In this document: piece after piece, positions 42,101-53,700 of the stretch
How positions within the stretch are numbered: the stretch's first letter is position 1
Layout: each line of letters starts with the position of its first letter
NCBI RefSeq assembly: GCF_902652985.1
Contig: NC_047018.1
Coordinates: forward strand, 24,552,001-24,616,000
Source: Pecten maximus
Lineage: Eukaryota
DNA: 64,000 bases
Reading direction: 5' to 3'
Notes under the pieces: generated by a model
What the model saw: only the letters and a program-made list of their open reading frames with translations
Database searches by the model: none
What the model was told of the DNA's origin: nothing
Position numbers and translations under genes: made by a program

Positions 42101-44669
42101 GGTTTGTGGTTTCGGTCAGGAGATGTGGACGGTGATAAAGTAACAGTCGAAAATATCCATGTGACCAGTTCACCAGAACGGACTTTCTGTGGCTAATGAC
42201 TTATTGCCAGTGGATATGTCGTCAAATCACCCAACGGACAAGTGTTCAAATAAGTTTAATAATGGATTAATGGACTTTTAGTCGCAGTCTCCTTTTTTGT
42301 TTCAGGGCAGAACATCGCGGGCAGGCATATGATTATATATTTTTTTCTGTTATTTGAGTTGTGTATTATTAGACTGTGTACTGACTTGCCAACTTAGTAT
42401 TGATAGGGGTTATCCAGACTAATTTAAACTCGCTACGGTGGTATTCTAGGAGATGGAGCAGGAAGGTACCTTATTAAGTATTAGTAACTACCCCACTAAT
42501 GCTTGCAATGTGAATCCCTAGAAGCTTAAGTGCGATTGGTGGTTATGGTTTCTCAAGGTTGGAGATGATGGTTACCGTCTTGTCATGGGTGTACGAGCGG
42601 TTTTTTGGTACAAGTGCATGCTACCTCTGCAAGGTCAGAGAGCAAGTTGCTTTATGTCCGGTACCTGCGGGTAGATATTTAGCATGGGATTGCTTTTCCG
42701 TGTACTTATGATGATATTTCTATATAATTTCCGGCTAAGAATTTACCTTGCGGAATACTTGGTTCACCTGCCCGCCATGTACTTCGGTTGTACAATTTAA
42801 CAATTCATTTTTCTAACTTGGTTTTTGTTTGACAGGAAAGAAATTCTTAAAATAATTGAATCTCACAGTGATTAACTGATTAGTCTAATAATCACATGTG
42901 ATGTTCGACTTAGCGGTGTCATCTTCAAAGATTTGCTCGGAGTCATTTAAACAAGTGTTCTATTAATAAAACCACGGATATAAAGATTGTCATACTAATA
43001 TTTCACATTGTAAAAATTAAATTAATTTTATTTTACAAATATATTACCATATTCATGGATGGTTCATCTAAAATATATATAATAAACTGTCCTTCATTAC
43101 GAACTGTATTTTGTCGTATAGTGATTCGGCTCATCGGTAAATACGCTTGTGATAATTTGAGCCGGGTACATGTGTAGGTAAAGCTATGGGATAAACATGT
43201 GCCCCAGCGAGTGACGGTTGTTTATCGTGTTTATGTAACTCTCGTGAAAGGATGTCAGGTGTCTGACTGACCATGTCTACCTTGCATTGTAATTAATAAT
43301 TATCAATGGTAATTTTCATGGACAGGACGGTATAACCACCCATGGGGAGCCACCAAATCTATCACTGCACACTGGACCAGAAAGAAGGAAGAAGAAGAAA
43401 AACGCATGAAAAAATGATGACTCATAATGACTTTCAGGGAGACGCCAGAATATGTCATTGATAACACATGTGTTAACGTTTGTTGAAATCCTTGTATGAA
43501 CGTTGGATAAGCAAGCGGTACACAATTATGTTATCCATGGATGACTGGCAGGCGGGCAGGCTGCCGGGTTTCCCGTATGTGCTTGGGTATTTTAACATGA
43601 TGTTTTTCTGACATCACATATTAAAAAAACAAAAACAAAAACACGATTTCCGTTGAAATCTCAAGTTTTGACATTACCAGAATTGAGATGAGAATACATT
43701 GATTCGTTTTTGAAGTTGAAAATATCTGCCTTACTTTTTTGGTCAGTTAAATTAACAATTGCTGACAGGTGTTTTCTGAAGCGCTTCCTCTAGAAAACAA
43801 AATCATTTTAGAGCATGACAATACTGTACTGTTTTTAAAACAGATTACTGATTTGATATTTTTCTAGTAAGATGATACGCCTTTAAAGGAACGTTTAATA
43901 TCATTCATTCAGAGACTATATTAAGACAAATTTATTTATCTAGGGTATCTGTATTTCTAAATAGTGGATACGTGTATAATTGTGGAAACTAATTATAGAA
44001 GTGTAATGCTCTTTCGGGCTTCCAAATGAAGAGAGTCTACATATGATTTGTCGGCTTGACCATGCATGAAAGTCTTTATTGTATGTATATAGTTCGAAAT
44101 ATCAATTAAAGTATGGAAAACAGTCGTCTTTTACTTCTAAAGGTTTACAATAAAAACCTTGATTGATAAATATCAGATCATCATAGACCCTCATGCTAGA
44201 TCCCCCTCTTTTCAGTGGCCCTATACTGTAAGGGGTTTCCTATACACGTATAAAGGTCACATTCCATTTGTGATATACACGAAGCTTAACTCCAGTTAGA
44301 TATCAAATCTCTCTAAAACGTCATCTCAGTGGTCTGACACGAGCCGTATATAACAAAGACACAACCTATAAACTACACCCAGATATTACTGCTAATGCTA
44401 ATGTACGACATTATAAAATAAAACATTCTTTTTTTCTTGTCTGGGTATATATTAAGGTCGAAATAAATAGATATTCAATGAAAAGTATTTCATTCAAATA
44501 ATATTACCCTGTTGATTGAGAATGAATTACACTAATTCATATAGGAATATATTCATTTCTTCAATAGTGATTACTTACATGACGAATAAGCAAATTCAGG
44601 AAATACAGCGACACATCCTAAGATGATGAAATGTAGGATCCCGTGTTCCCCGTGTATGTAAAGTTCCAT
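23352..44669 (-). CDS. Gene A: receptor-type protein tyrosine phosphatase with F-type-lectin-like domain and six EGF-like (MEGF10/laminin-type) repeats
   Basis: Exons: leader 44669-44579 (MELYIHGEHGILHFIILGCVAVFPEFAYSS); lectin 40227-40018 and 39193-38927; EGF 38694-38560, 38428-38294, 36486-36352, 36141-36007, 35537-35403, 34629-34495 (each 135 bp, phase 1-1); stalk 33974-33945; TM 33242-33152 (LAGIIGGVCAAIAVIVIIIIITVILV); juxtamembrane 32781-32696, 32328-32042; PTP D1 ~30985-27426; PTP D2 ~27163-23352 ending VYANC*. The second lectin exon is frameshifted as assembled. Confidence 0.88.
25095..25790. repeat. 24-bp minisatellite (~29 copies) containing a gene A D2 exon end and splice donor
   Basis: Unit cctatcgactttacctgtggtata; reads VKSIGIPQ in frame on the minus strand. 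Confidence 0.95.
26548..26640 (-). mobile_element. tRNA-derived SINE head
   Basis: A-box tgaccgagtgg and B-box-like gtttgaaacc on the minus strand; same family as 31382-31553. Confidence 0.65.
27426..30985 (-). CDS. Gene A PTP domain D1 (catalytic-type) exons
   Basis: Spliced motifs: NRFKTTFAYDHSRVTL, DYINANYI, YIATQGP, TIEDFWRMAWQ, IIMLANLVEVGK, KCANYW, QYHFTRWSDHGVP, PLIVHCSAGIGRTG, RMNMIQTLEQY. Confidence 0.92.
31305..32095. repeat. Degenerate tandem copies of the gene A juxtamembrane exon end/donor, interrupted by a SINE
   Basis: Recurring atatttacc(t/a)ggtattcagt..aaatgtgtcgtt; 31687-31750 is a near-exact copy of 32032-32095. Confidence 0.8.
31382..31553 (-). mobile_element. tRNA-derived SINE (internally deleted)
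   Basis: Minus strand: gccgcgg..gtgtcccgacac..B-box gttcgaaacc..ggcagttgccaggtactgacc..tail gacgttaa..aaacc; related pieces at 26548-26640 and 23620-23712. Confidence 0.7.
33265..33630. repeat. ~26-bp minisatellite abutting the acceptor of the gene A TM exon
   Basis: Unit atcaatcatgatcaatcacaggtaactaa-like, intronic. Confidence 0.85.
37555..37935 (+). repeat. Degenerate fragment related to the 160-bp satellite/HINE family
   Basis: gggcccgcccctc..ccc..gagg..accaa, cccatggatgcttca..aaat motifs resemble the 6680-8100 units; paralogous copy at ~53030-53400. Confidence 0.55.
40965..41185 (+). mobile_element. tRNA-derived SINE with V-SINE-like core
   Basis: A-box tggcacagtgg, B-box ggttcgatacc, core gtgggtttcccccgggtactcagctttcctcccacag; degenerate reverse copy at ~3185-3350. 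Confidence 0.68.
41800..43170 (+). mobile_element. Possible solo-LTR-like insertion in gene A intron 1
   Basis: Higher-GC block absent from gene B intron 1, with AATAAA signals near its right end and a ..gggtaca terminus; no clear TSD found. Confidence 0.3.
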
Positions 44670-47160
44670 GTTGAAGAGGAAAACAAAAAAGTGTCGCTCT
44701 CCTCTATGTTCACCCGCTTTGACACCAGGAAGTTCGTTGGAGGAGATAAAAATCGATTGTGTACATATTAGATATGGTAGTATGTGTGTGTTCACTACAC
44801 TTTATTATGGTGATACAACTTTTTATCTTAGACATTTGTGACAAGGTAGATAGTCCATACTGAATGTATTAAAAATATCTAAGTAGATAAGGTATTACAT
44901 AAGAGAAAGAAAAACCCATCAGTACATGTGTGGGTATGTTTTGTTTATTAATCACATGCGAGACATAGTGATTAGTGTGAGAACTTGGTAACTTGGTAAG
45001 TATCACGCACTTGTATATACTTCATTTCATACAGCTTAAATAACTTATACTGCGTATTTCTACAAAAGAGTTCAATGACACAAACTATATATACATAGTC
45101 ATATTATGTAAGTTTTCCGGAATATATGCCATCGCTGTTTTGTATATGAGGTACATATCTTATACTCAGTAGAATGACCCTCCCATTTACTTTCGGTACC
45201 ATACTTTTATCTTGGTAATTTTCAACTACACACATGTATTAATCTTTCAGTCACATACCTTACCTCAGAGGTAGGCCCCTCCCATTTACTGTAAATATTA
45301 TATATTTTATCAGAATTCAGCATTTCCCATCAACTCTAAGATAGTGCCTTCATCTCAGAAACAGACCTCCTCTGTAGGTACCGTAACTTAATCTCAGAAA
45401 TAGCCCTTTTACATTTTAAATTACCTTAATGCCTTAACCTAAGCATCCTAAAATTACTAATAACCTTTATCTCATAAGTAGGCACGCCGATAAACTGTTA
45501 GTACCCTATCTTAACCTCATTATCCTATTTGTAGTGACCATTGTGTTATTAAATTCAATGTCTCATATAATGTGTTTAAACTAAAACCTTATCAGAAACA
45601 AATATTGATCTATCATGAAGCTGATTTTGAAAAAATGAATAGGAATTTGAGTTTAATTGATTGGGAATTATTATCAGAATCACATAATAGTAATGAATTT
45701 AATGATGTTTTGTGTGATGCTATCAATGAACAAATATCTGAATGTATCCCTAGTAAACTAATAACAGTTAGACCGAATGAGTGGGTTAGATGAGTAAGTG
45801 TTATTGTTATTTTAACCCTAGTAATATGGACCTACATGTACCATTAACTGACATACCTTTATCGCGGGAGTAGGTAGATAATTTTACAATATGTGTACTT
45901 AAAGCTTTGCAGCACGTCATTAAATTTGCCTGAGATAAAAGTATTTTTCTTTATACTTTTAAAATATGTGGTCGCCAAAAAATCATAGTTTGGCCATGTT
46001 TTGGTGTTAGTTCTAAGATGAAAGGAAATAATAAAAAAAAATGTGAACCATAACTAAGTCGTTGGTGTCTCAAATAATACTGAAGCTATCAAAATTATAT
46101 AATGATTGGTTATAAGCGATCAGAAAACATAACAATCCATGTTATCTATTGTAACGTTTTGGATATAAAATTAGTTATAAGGCGAATGCTCTAGTGGAGA
46201 TAAGAAATACAATGTTTATAATTTTCGAGTCATATCTTTATATCACTCAATGCACAAAGTACAAATACCGTATGGACGTCAAGCAATATAACTGCGTGGA
46301 CGTTTATTTTGAGCTGTTAAGTAGGGTTAAATACAAAATAATACATTACAGTATCGTTTTGTCTGATCAGACGAATATAATTGGAATGATTGCATATTAT
46401 CATGAGTGTCACATGTATAAATTGACTTATCTTCCTTGACCTAATAAGCCAAATATAACAATTCAGAGTCCGAAGCTAGAATGACTATCTACTTGCACCT
46501 GCAGAGCCTCCTATATTCCGATACATATCCATTATCTAATAGATGTATTAATACCGAAATCATAAGAAACAGTACACAGATCACACGAATATTAAAACAG
46601 AAAAGTATATCAACACATATTTCCTATGGAGTAAGTAAAAACATAGGAATCCAAGTATCAATTTCTTGTTTACATCCATTTTCATCAAAGAAAGATTGTA
46701 GGACTGTTAACTAAAGAAATAATCTTATATTCACGGTGGCTAGCTATATCTTCTTCAACGGAACATCGACACTGCTACTTGCTCGACACAAAATGAAATA
46801 ATAAATAAAACCAAATTCGCTTGTCAACCTTAATGTATTTCATTTATTTGTAACTGTTTACATCAATAAGATATGTGATATGGTATAATCATAAACTCTT
46901 GAAGTAAAGCTATATTGAAAGGTGAAGCCATTAAATAGTCCATGTATGTTCAGTCGTAATGTGTATAATAGTTTACAAATAGCTCTTTACACTGTCCAGA
47001 AGATTTCAAATAAGCTTAGACAACAACGACCCAACAATTCAACATTCAATGATAATCAATAGCAAATATCTGATGGAAAGTAAGTTTACACAAAAGTAAA
47101 CAATTAAAAGAAAAATCATGTAGCTGATACAATTCGTAAAACAGAAGCCATGGAATTCAT
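43670..47160. repeat. Segmental duplication copy 1 (gene A leader exon, promoter and gene B 3' flank)
   Basis: Near-identical to ~60735-63997; leader ATGs are 17,080 bp apart (44669 vs 61749); paralogous ORF pairs 44571/61651 and 46194/63055 in the ORF track. Confidence 0.93.
45522..45773 (+). mobile_element. CR1/L2-like LINE ORF2 internal fragment
   Basis: Frame reads SDHCVIKF..IYHEADFEKMNRNLSLIDWE..CIPSKLITVRP, the endonuclease C-terminal SDH motif plus linker; absent from the paralogous site ~62604-62628. Confidence 0.7.
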
Positions 47161-47733
47161 TCCATGGCTATAAGAATGAGTTGACATTGCCGATGTTTAG
47201 AAGCAAATGTCTGAATTCATTAGTGTAGAACTCTAGCTGCTGGTCAAAAACAGGAACATGGACTCCACCCTACATAAGTTTGTCACGAACTCAACGACAT
47301 GTGTTTTATCCTCCCATCCGTTTGACGTCCAGGTTAAACTGTAAAACACTTATAAACTACATGATGGTCACTTTCTTATTAATGTTATGACATTCGTATT
47401 TTTTAAACCTCACAACTCCTTATTTGCGCTGACCATTGATGGTTATGTGCTAGACACTGACAGCAGGAACCCGTGTCTTTATTTTCAACAATTTGCTGAC
47501 CTCTTGACGACACAGCGTTATAATTTGAGAACACACTAATAATTCCTATTGTATATTTGTAAAAGATGGTGACTGCAAAAAGGTAATGTTCTCATTATCT
47601 TCTTTGTTCTAATCATCTGATCATGCTATTGTCTTGTGTACTCCTGTTACAAACAGTTTACTGTGATCCAGATTAACATTTCACATATTTTAAGTCTTCA
47701 AAAGTGTCATATTTGTGTAGATCTAAAGCACAC

Positions 47734-50700
47734 CTATCTGGCAATTGTATCATAAACATTCCTTGCTTGTCCAACTTTTGACGCTTCTAATTCGTCGTAA
47801 TTGTTGTCATTCAGCGAATCTACAAGTTAAAAAGAGAAAGAGGTTATTTTTCAATTTCTTAATCAAAACATGCATTATGAAATAGAAACTTTTCTTTGGG
47901 TGCAATTGATTTATTTTCTCAGTTATAACCAATATAAGTATATGAATTCATATCAAAGATACATATCAACATGTACATATTAAAAAAAAAGATTCCAGGG
48001 TTTAGAAGACCGGGTTCATTCTCCTGTACAGTAACTGTCCACAAACACAGGAGTGCTTTCATAATCCATTGTCTTTCATTAAGATTTTATGCAATCTTGA
48101 ACATTATTAATTATATTTATTGTCCTCTTTAAATAATCTTTCATGAATACATCACTTTTTGACTGCGAACAGTTTATGTCCCTTACTTTGATATTTCATT
48201 TCGTTGTCAGACTGTTCAGACTTTAAATTCTTCCTTTTTGTTCTGAAAGAAATATTTCATAGGAATTAATGAAGACATAACACTTAGTCATTATTATGGA
48301 AATCAACTATATTTAATTTGTTAGCATTTTTTTTTTATTCCAACCTAATTTATTTATCCATAGATGTTGGAAAATGATCACTATTATATTTACCAGTACA
48401 AGACATAGCTCTCATGCCCATATAGATATATATTAATGTGAAGGTATTTGAATGCAACACCAATTGATATTATTAATTATGCTAATTAAAGTATCTCCTT
48501 TTTAACTCATCATCATTATCGAATCCTAAAGGGATTAAAAGCAGTAGAATGTACATTATTCGACATACATTGTTTGGTTTAGTTTGGTTTATTTTGTTTA
48601 ACGTCCTCCCGTGCGTGCGACATGTATGCGTGTGGTGAGTGCGCATGCGCATGTGTATTTTGGCAGGCTGCGGTATGTTCGTGTTAAGTCTCCTTGTGAT
48701 AGGCCGAAACTTTTGCCGATTTATAATGCTACCTCACTGAAGCATACTGCCGAAGACACCCATCAGGACACACCACCCGGTCACATTATACTGAAAACGG
48801 ACGAACCAGTCGTCCCACTCCAAATATGCTGAACGCTAAGCAGGAGTAACAACTACCATTTTAAAAGACTCTGTTATGTCTCGGCTAGGGGACACAAGCC
48901 CACAGCGGCGAACGCTCAGCTAAAGGCCAAAAGTGAGGCATTGTCAAGGGAGACATTAGGAAGAAGAAAGATGTTAAGAAAGAAGAGAAAAGATATGATC
49001 CCAAATTTAGTTGCCTGCCTACGATCATACAATGGAGGCAGCAGGTACAATTCTTACGCCCTACCTGCAGGGCAGACATTCTTTTCATTTACTCTTCAAA
49101 TATATATTGTGTATTTTGCACAACAATGTTCAACGTTTGATAATACTGTTCATACCTCATACGATCTATCATTTGTCCTATGTTGAAACAGATAGAAATA
49201 AACAGCAATGTCCCCAGCAATGCAAAGCCTATCGACTTCTGAAACGAAATTGATTATATGACATTTTGATGACATATGTGTGCATAAACATTTATTAAGA
49301 AAACTTTAACTTCCTAATATTAAGAAACGGCACAATTTTGTATAGATATATGTATTTAAAAATCATTTTCTGTTTATGTACATGTATATTATCACAACGT
49401 TGTTTAAAGATAAACGATTTAAATTTTTTTTATCTGTATATGTATATTATCACAATTTTGCCTACCTGTATGTACTAACCTCATCGGTAGAATGACTATC
49501 GTTACTGTTTATCTGAGTTGCTTCTAAAACAAATAACATTATTTTTTCAACATCAACGTTTAAAGACATTTTGTTTTAATAATGAAATTGTCAGACTTTC
49601 ACAAACTGTTACTAGGACTCATGACCATATCTCAGCTTAAACATATATCAATACTAGTTAGCGTTGCTTTGTTGTCAGTATATTATGCAGACACATATCT
49701 TATTATTTGGATAATTCAAAAGTGTCTTGGCTTTGTTTTGTTATTTTCTTCTTCTAAATTGGATATTTGATCTCGTGATATACTGATGTTCATATTTATG
49801 GTGGCATATTTCTGCCATCGAGTTGCCGACTTACGACTTAAATATGTCCACATATTTCTGAGTTGATGTCGACATCATAAAAAAGTATGCCGTCATAAAC
49901 CGAAAAATATGTCGACTTAATAGTTTAGTTACCGAGATAATATTGTCGTGATAATTATCTAGGAATTGGCTGGCAGAAATATGCCACCGTGCGATAAAAG
50001 GCCGAGTTTCCGACTTCCTACATAATTATCACGGCGTTATTATCTCGGCAATTAAGTAAATAAGTCGACATATTTTTCGGTTTATGTCGACATATTTCTT
50101 TATGATGTTGACATCTTCTCGGAAATATGTCGACATCTTTATGTCGTAAGTCGGCAACTCGATGGCAGAAATATGCCACCATACATATTTCTAAATGAAT
50201 ATCACTAAGTATTTATTCACTGTTGTGTTAGAGAGACACTGAAATAGGGCTCGCTAGACTCTTTCTCTATCGAAAAAAATATATAATCCGCAACCATACA
50301 GTGATGATGAATAGAAAACAACAAAACTTATCTAAATTAGATGTCATCTTTATTGATCAATAAATATTTCCACATAAATAATTGGCATACCTTTGTCACA
50401 AGCCGAGCCTTTCCAGCCAACTTTACATCCCTCTACGATGCATTCCCCGGTGAATCTGTTACATCCGGGTACGGCACAATGACAGGTGTGATAGCAGTTA
50501 TTGCCAAATGAGCTGATATTACAAGCTGATATAAAACGGAAAATATGAGAATATATATTAGCAAATACGTTCCCATTTAATGGATATCAAACTCGAGAAA
50601 TTTAAAAAAAAACTTAAATCCCACGCTAATATTTGTTCTTTGTATTACATACACAATCGAACATTGATGGAATGACGACAAAACGTTTTGTATTAACATT

Positions 50701-53700
50701 ATATTTTAATATCAGTCCATGCATATAATTTTTTTGTAAAATATCCACTATTTGTTCTTACTGATTTTGATACAGATTAAGATTTACCTATGTCACACCT
50801 TGAACCTTCCCATCCGACGTCACATCCGGGTACCTTACATTTTCCATTGTTGGCGTCACATCCAGAAGTAGCACAGTTGCAGTTATACTTACAGTCTTTA
50901 CCATATTTACCAACGTCGCATGCTGTTATATACAAATCAATGAATAAGGTAGTCTGACTCTTAATTCTATAAATATATTGGATAAATACTTCTATGTTGT
51001 TATAAATACATTTATGTTGTTGTATGTCTTTAAAAAAACACTGTACCGACGTTACCGAGCGAAAGTACAAATGTAGTACAACATAAGACTTTCATATTAT
51101 TAGATAATATGTTTTACCGCATACAAAATCATCAGTTAACTTAACGTTTCTGTTATCATACAGTTACGTCATAAATCTTTTCCATCTCCAAACAACGTAA
51201 TTCACCTTAGTAATTTCTATCCTTCGCCTCATAACGTTAAACGAAAAAAATACAGCAATGAGCTTGTATCATTTTCCAGTTATCAGTATTTAATTAAATA
51301 TACAACAACGTATATATCATACAAACAGGGACCAAGGTTATGGGTGATAATAGTAAACTGAAGGATACAGTATTACCTTTGTCACAACTCAATCCTTCCC
51401 ATCCAGCCTAACATCCTGGCCTGGTACATTGTCCACTGAATCTGTCACAACCAGGAACAGCACAGTGGCATATTTGTTTACATTCCCTACCAAATTGTTT
51501 TTCTGGACAGGCTGAAACAAACATGGAATAGTTCGTTAGAAAAATGTCTATCATTAAAAATATGTCATATTAACGGGAAAATTAATGTTATCAAATCTCC
51601 ATGCATAGTTTATTTTAACACTCTGTGTTTGTATACCCTTTGATAAAAGTAATAGTCATACTATTTCGTTTTTGTTCATTTGATTTAATGTCGCTCTACA
51701 TGCTGATCCAATAAAATATAACCTATATCACAGGCCACTCCTGTCCATCCAGATTCACATCCTGTAATTGTACAACTCCCATTGAAGCGGTCACAGCCTG
51801 GCAGAGCACAGTGACATGTCTGTATACAGTTCTGACCAAATCTACCATCACCACACTCTAAAAGAAAAACAGTTTAATTACAGTAATTTCAGAATCAGTT
51901 TTCAACGGATTTTACATATTAGTACGAACACAGGAAAATTCAATAATTCACAATCAAAGATATTAGTATCGTTTTGTACATTTTAAAAATGGGCCCTGAC
52001 TTTTTCTTTCACGAACCTATACTGTCTTGTGATAAACAAAAGAACTTAATTACATATTAATGATATAAAATCCGTTAGAAAGTATATAACAGAATGTCAT
52101 ATGATGATCAAAATCCCTTTAACAGCGTTCCTATACGTGTTTCCAAAGTAAAATGACCTCTGACGTTGAATTAGTTTCATTTTGACGTATATGACGAAAC
52201 AATATTTATCCACGTTTTTACCAAAATAGATGGGTGTTTATTCAACTCCAATGACATGAAATAATCATTACAACTGTTAAATAGCGTTCAGTTTATACAA
52301 CACTTAGAATAAACTCTATATTCGTTTTGATTGGTTGACACGGTGACCTTTGAGCGGGACACTTTTTTTATCACGTGGTTCAATGCGTTTTTATTAGCTA
52401 ATGCTTGAAGGCCTCTGTATGAGGTGAGGTCCCGGAAATGATAACATACTAGAAGTAGTTTACATAGATTACAGTTATCTTTAGTCATTATTCAAAAATA
52501 GATATATATGTGTCTATCAGTTTATTGCTTTGGAAATAAAAAGTTCTCATGATTTGTAACCAATTGTAATATTTCCCCACATTTCCAAAATTGTTAGTTT
52601 TGCATACTGATTAGGGGCATTAACATTTTGTCATAATTTTTCACCCGATCTGTTATCGTCAAAAGAAAACACACTGGCACAAATCAAGTCGATTTGTCTC
52701 CAAAATAGCTCTTCATTTGTGGTAGAAACAGGTCACACCGACTCATAGTTGTTGTATATGGTATTTCTTTCACTCTAGATAGTCTCGAAACTCGTTGTGT
52801 AATCTCTATATATTTCATTTCGTTGCTCAGCAGAGCTTACCGACATAAAAAGTAAGCCGTTATTCTTGTTCAAAATTCAATAAAACTTGCGCAGAAAAAA
52901 AAACCCCAACAAAAACATAGATTTTTGCAAGGAGATTCTTCAAAAATCACAAGGAGAATCAGATAAGCTGTTCCGGAAGGTAAAAAAACAATGCTTCATT
53001 GACAATAACCGTAAATCTAGGTCAAATCAAGATTTATTGGGCCCAACCCCATATGTCCTAAGGGACAAGACCCAACGTTTGTACAAAATTGCTTCACATT
53101 CCCCTATGGATGCTTCAGAAAAAAAGGGACCAAATCTCCAATTGCCTCAGAAGAAGGATTAGAAAGAATTTCCTCGATTTTCCCAACTGGACCCTGCCCC
53201 TCCGGTCCCTTTGAGGCCAGACCCACCGTATATGCATAATTGGTTCCCCTTCACCCAAGGATACTTGGGACAAAATATGAAGAAAATGATTTCATTTTAC
53301 AGAAGGAAAAGACTTTTCATGAATTATTGCTTTATTTCCCTTTTGAGCCCCAGTCTTTAGATCCCTGGGAACCAGACCACAAACTCGTTTATGACTAGCA
53401 ATTTGTTTTAGGAAAAGTTGACGGAAGAGAGAGCTCCTGTTATAAGTGTAAGGAAGAGAGCTCCTGTTATAAGTGTAAGGAAGAGAGCTCCTGTTATAAG
53501 TGTACGGAAGAGAGCTTCTGTTATAAGTGTAAGGAAGAGAGCTTCTGTTATGAGTGTAAGGAAGAGAGCTTCTGTTATAAGTGTAAGGGAGAGAGCTCCT
53601 GTTATAAGTGTAAGGAAGAGAGCTTCTGTTATAAGTGTAAGGAAGAGAGCTTCTGTTATGAGTGTAAGGAAGAGAGCTTCTGTTATAAGTGTAAGGGAGA

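Noticed and set aside
46194-46439. Conserved 81-aa ORF pair (46194 and 63055)
   Set aside because: Conservation is explained by the recent segmental duplication; GTG start and no recognisable motif.
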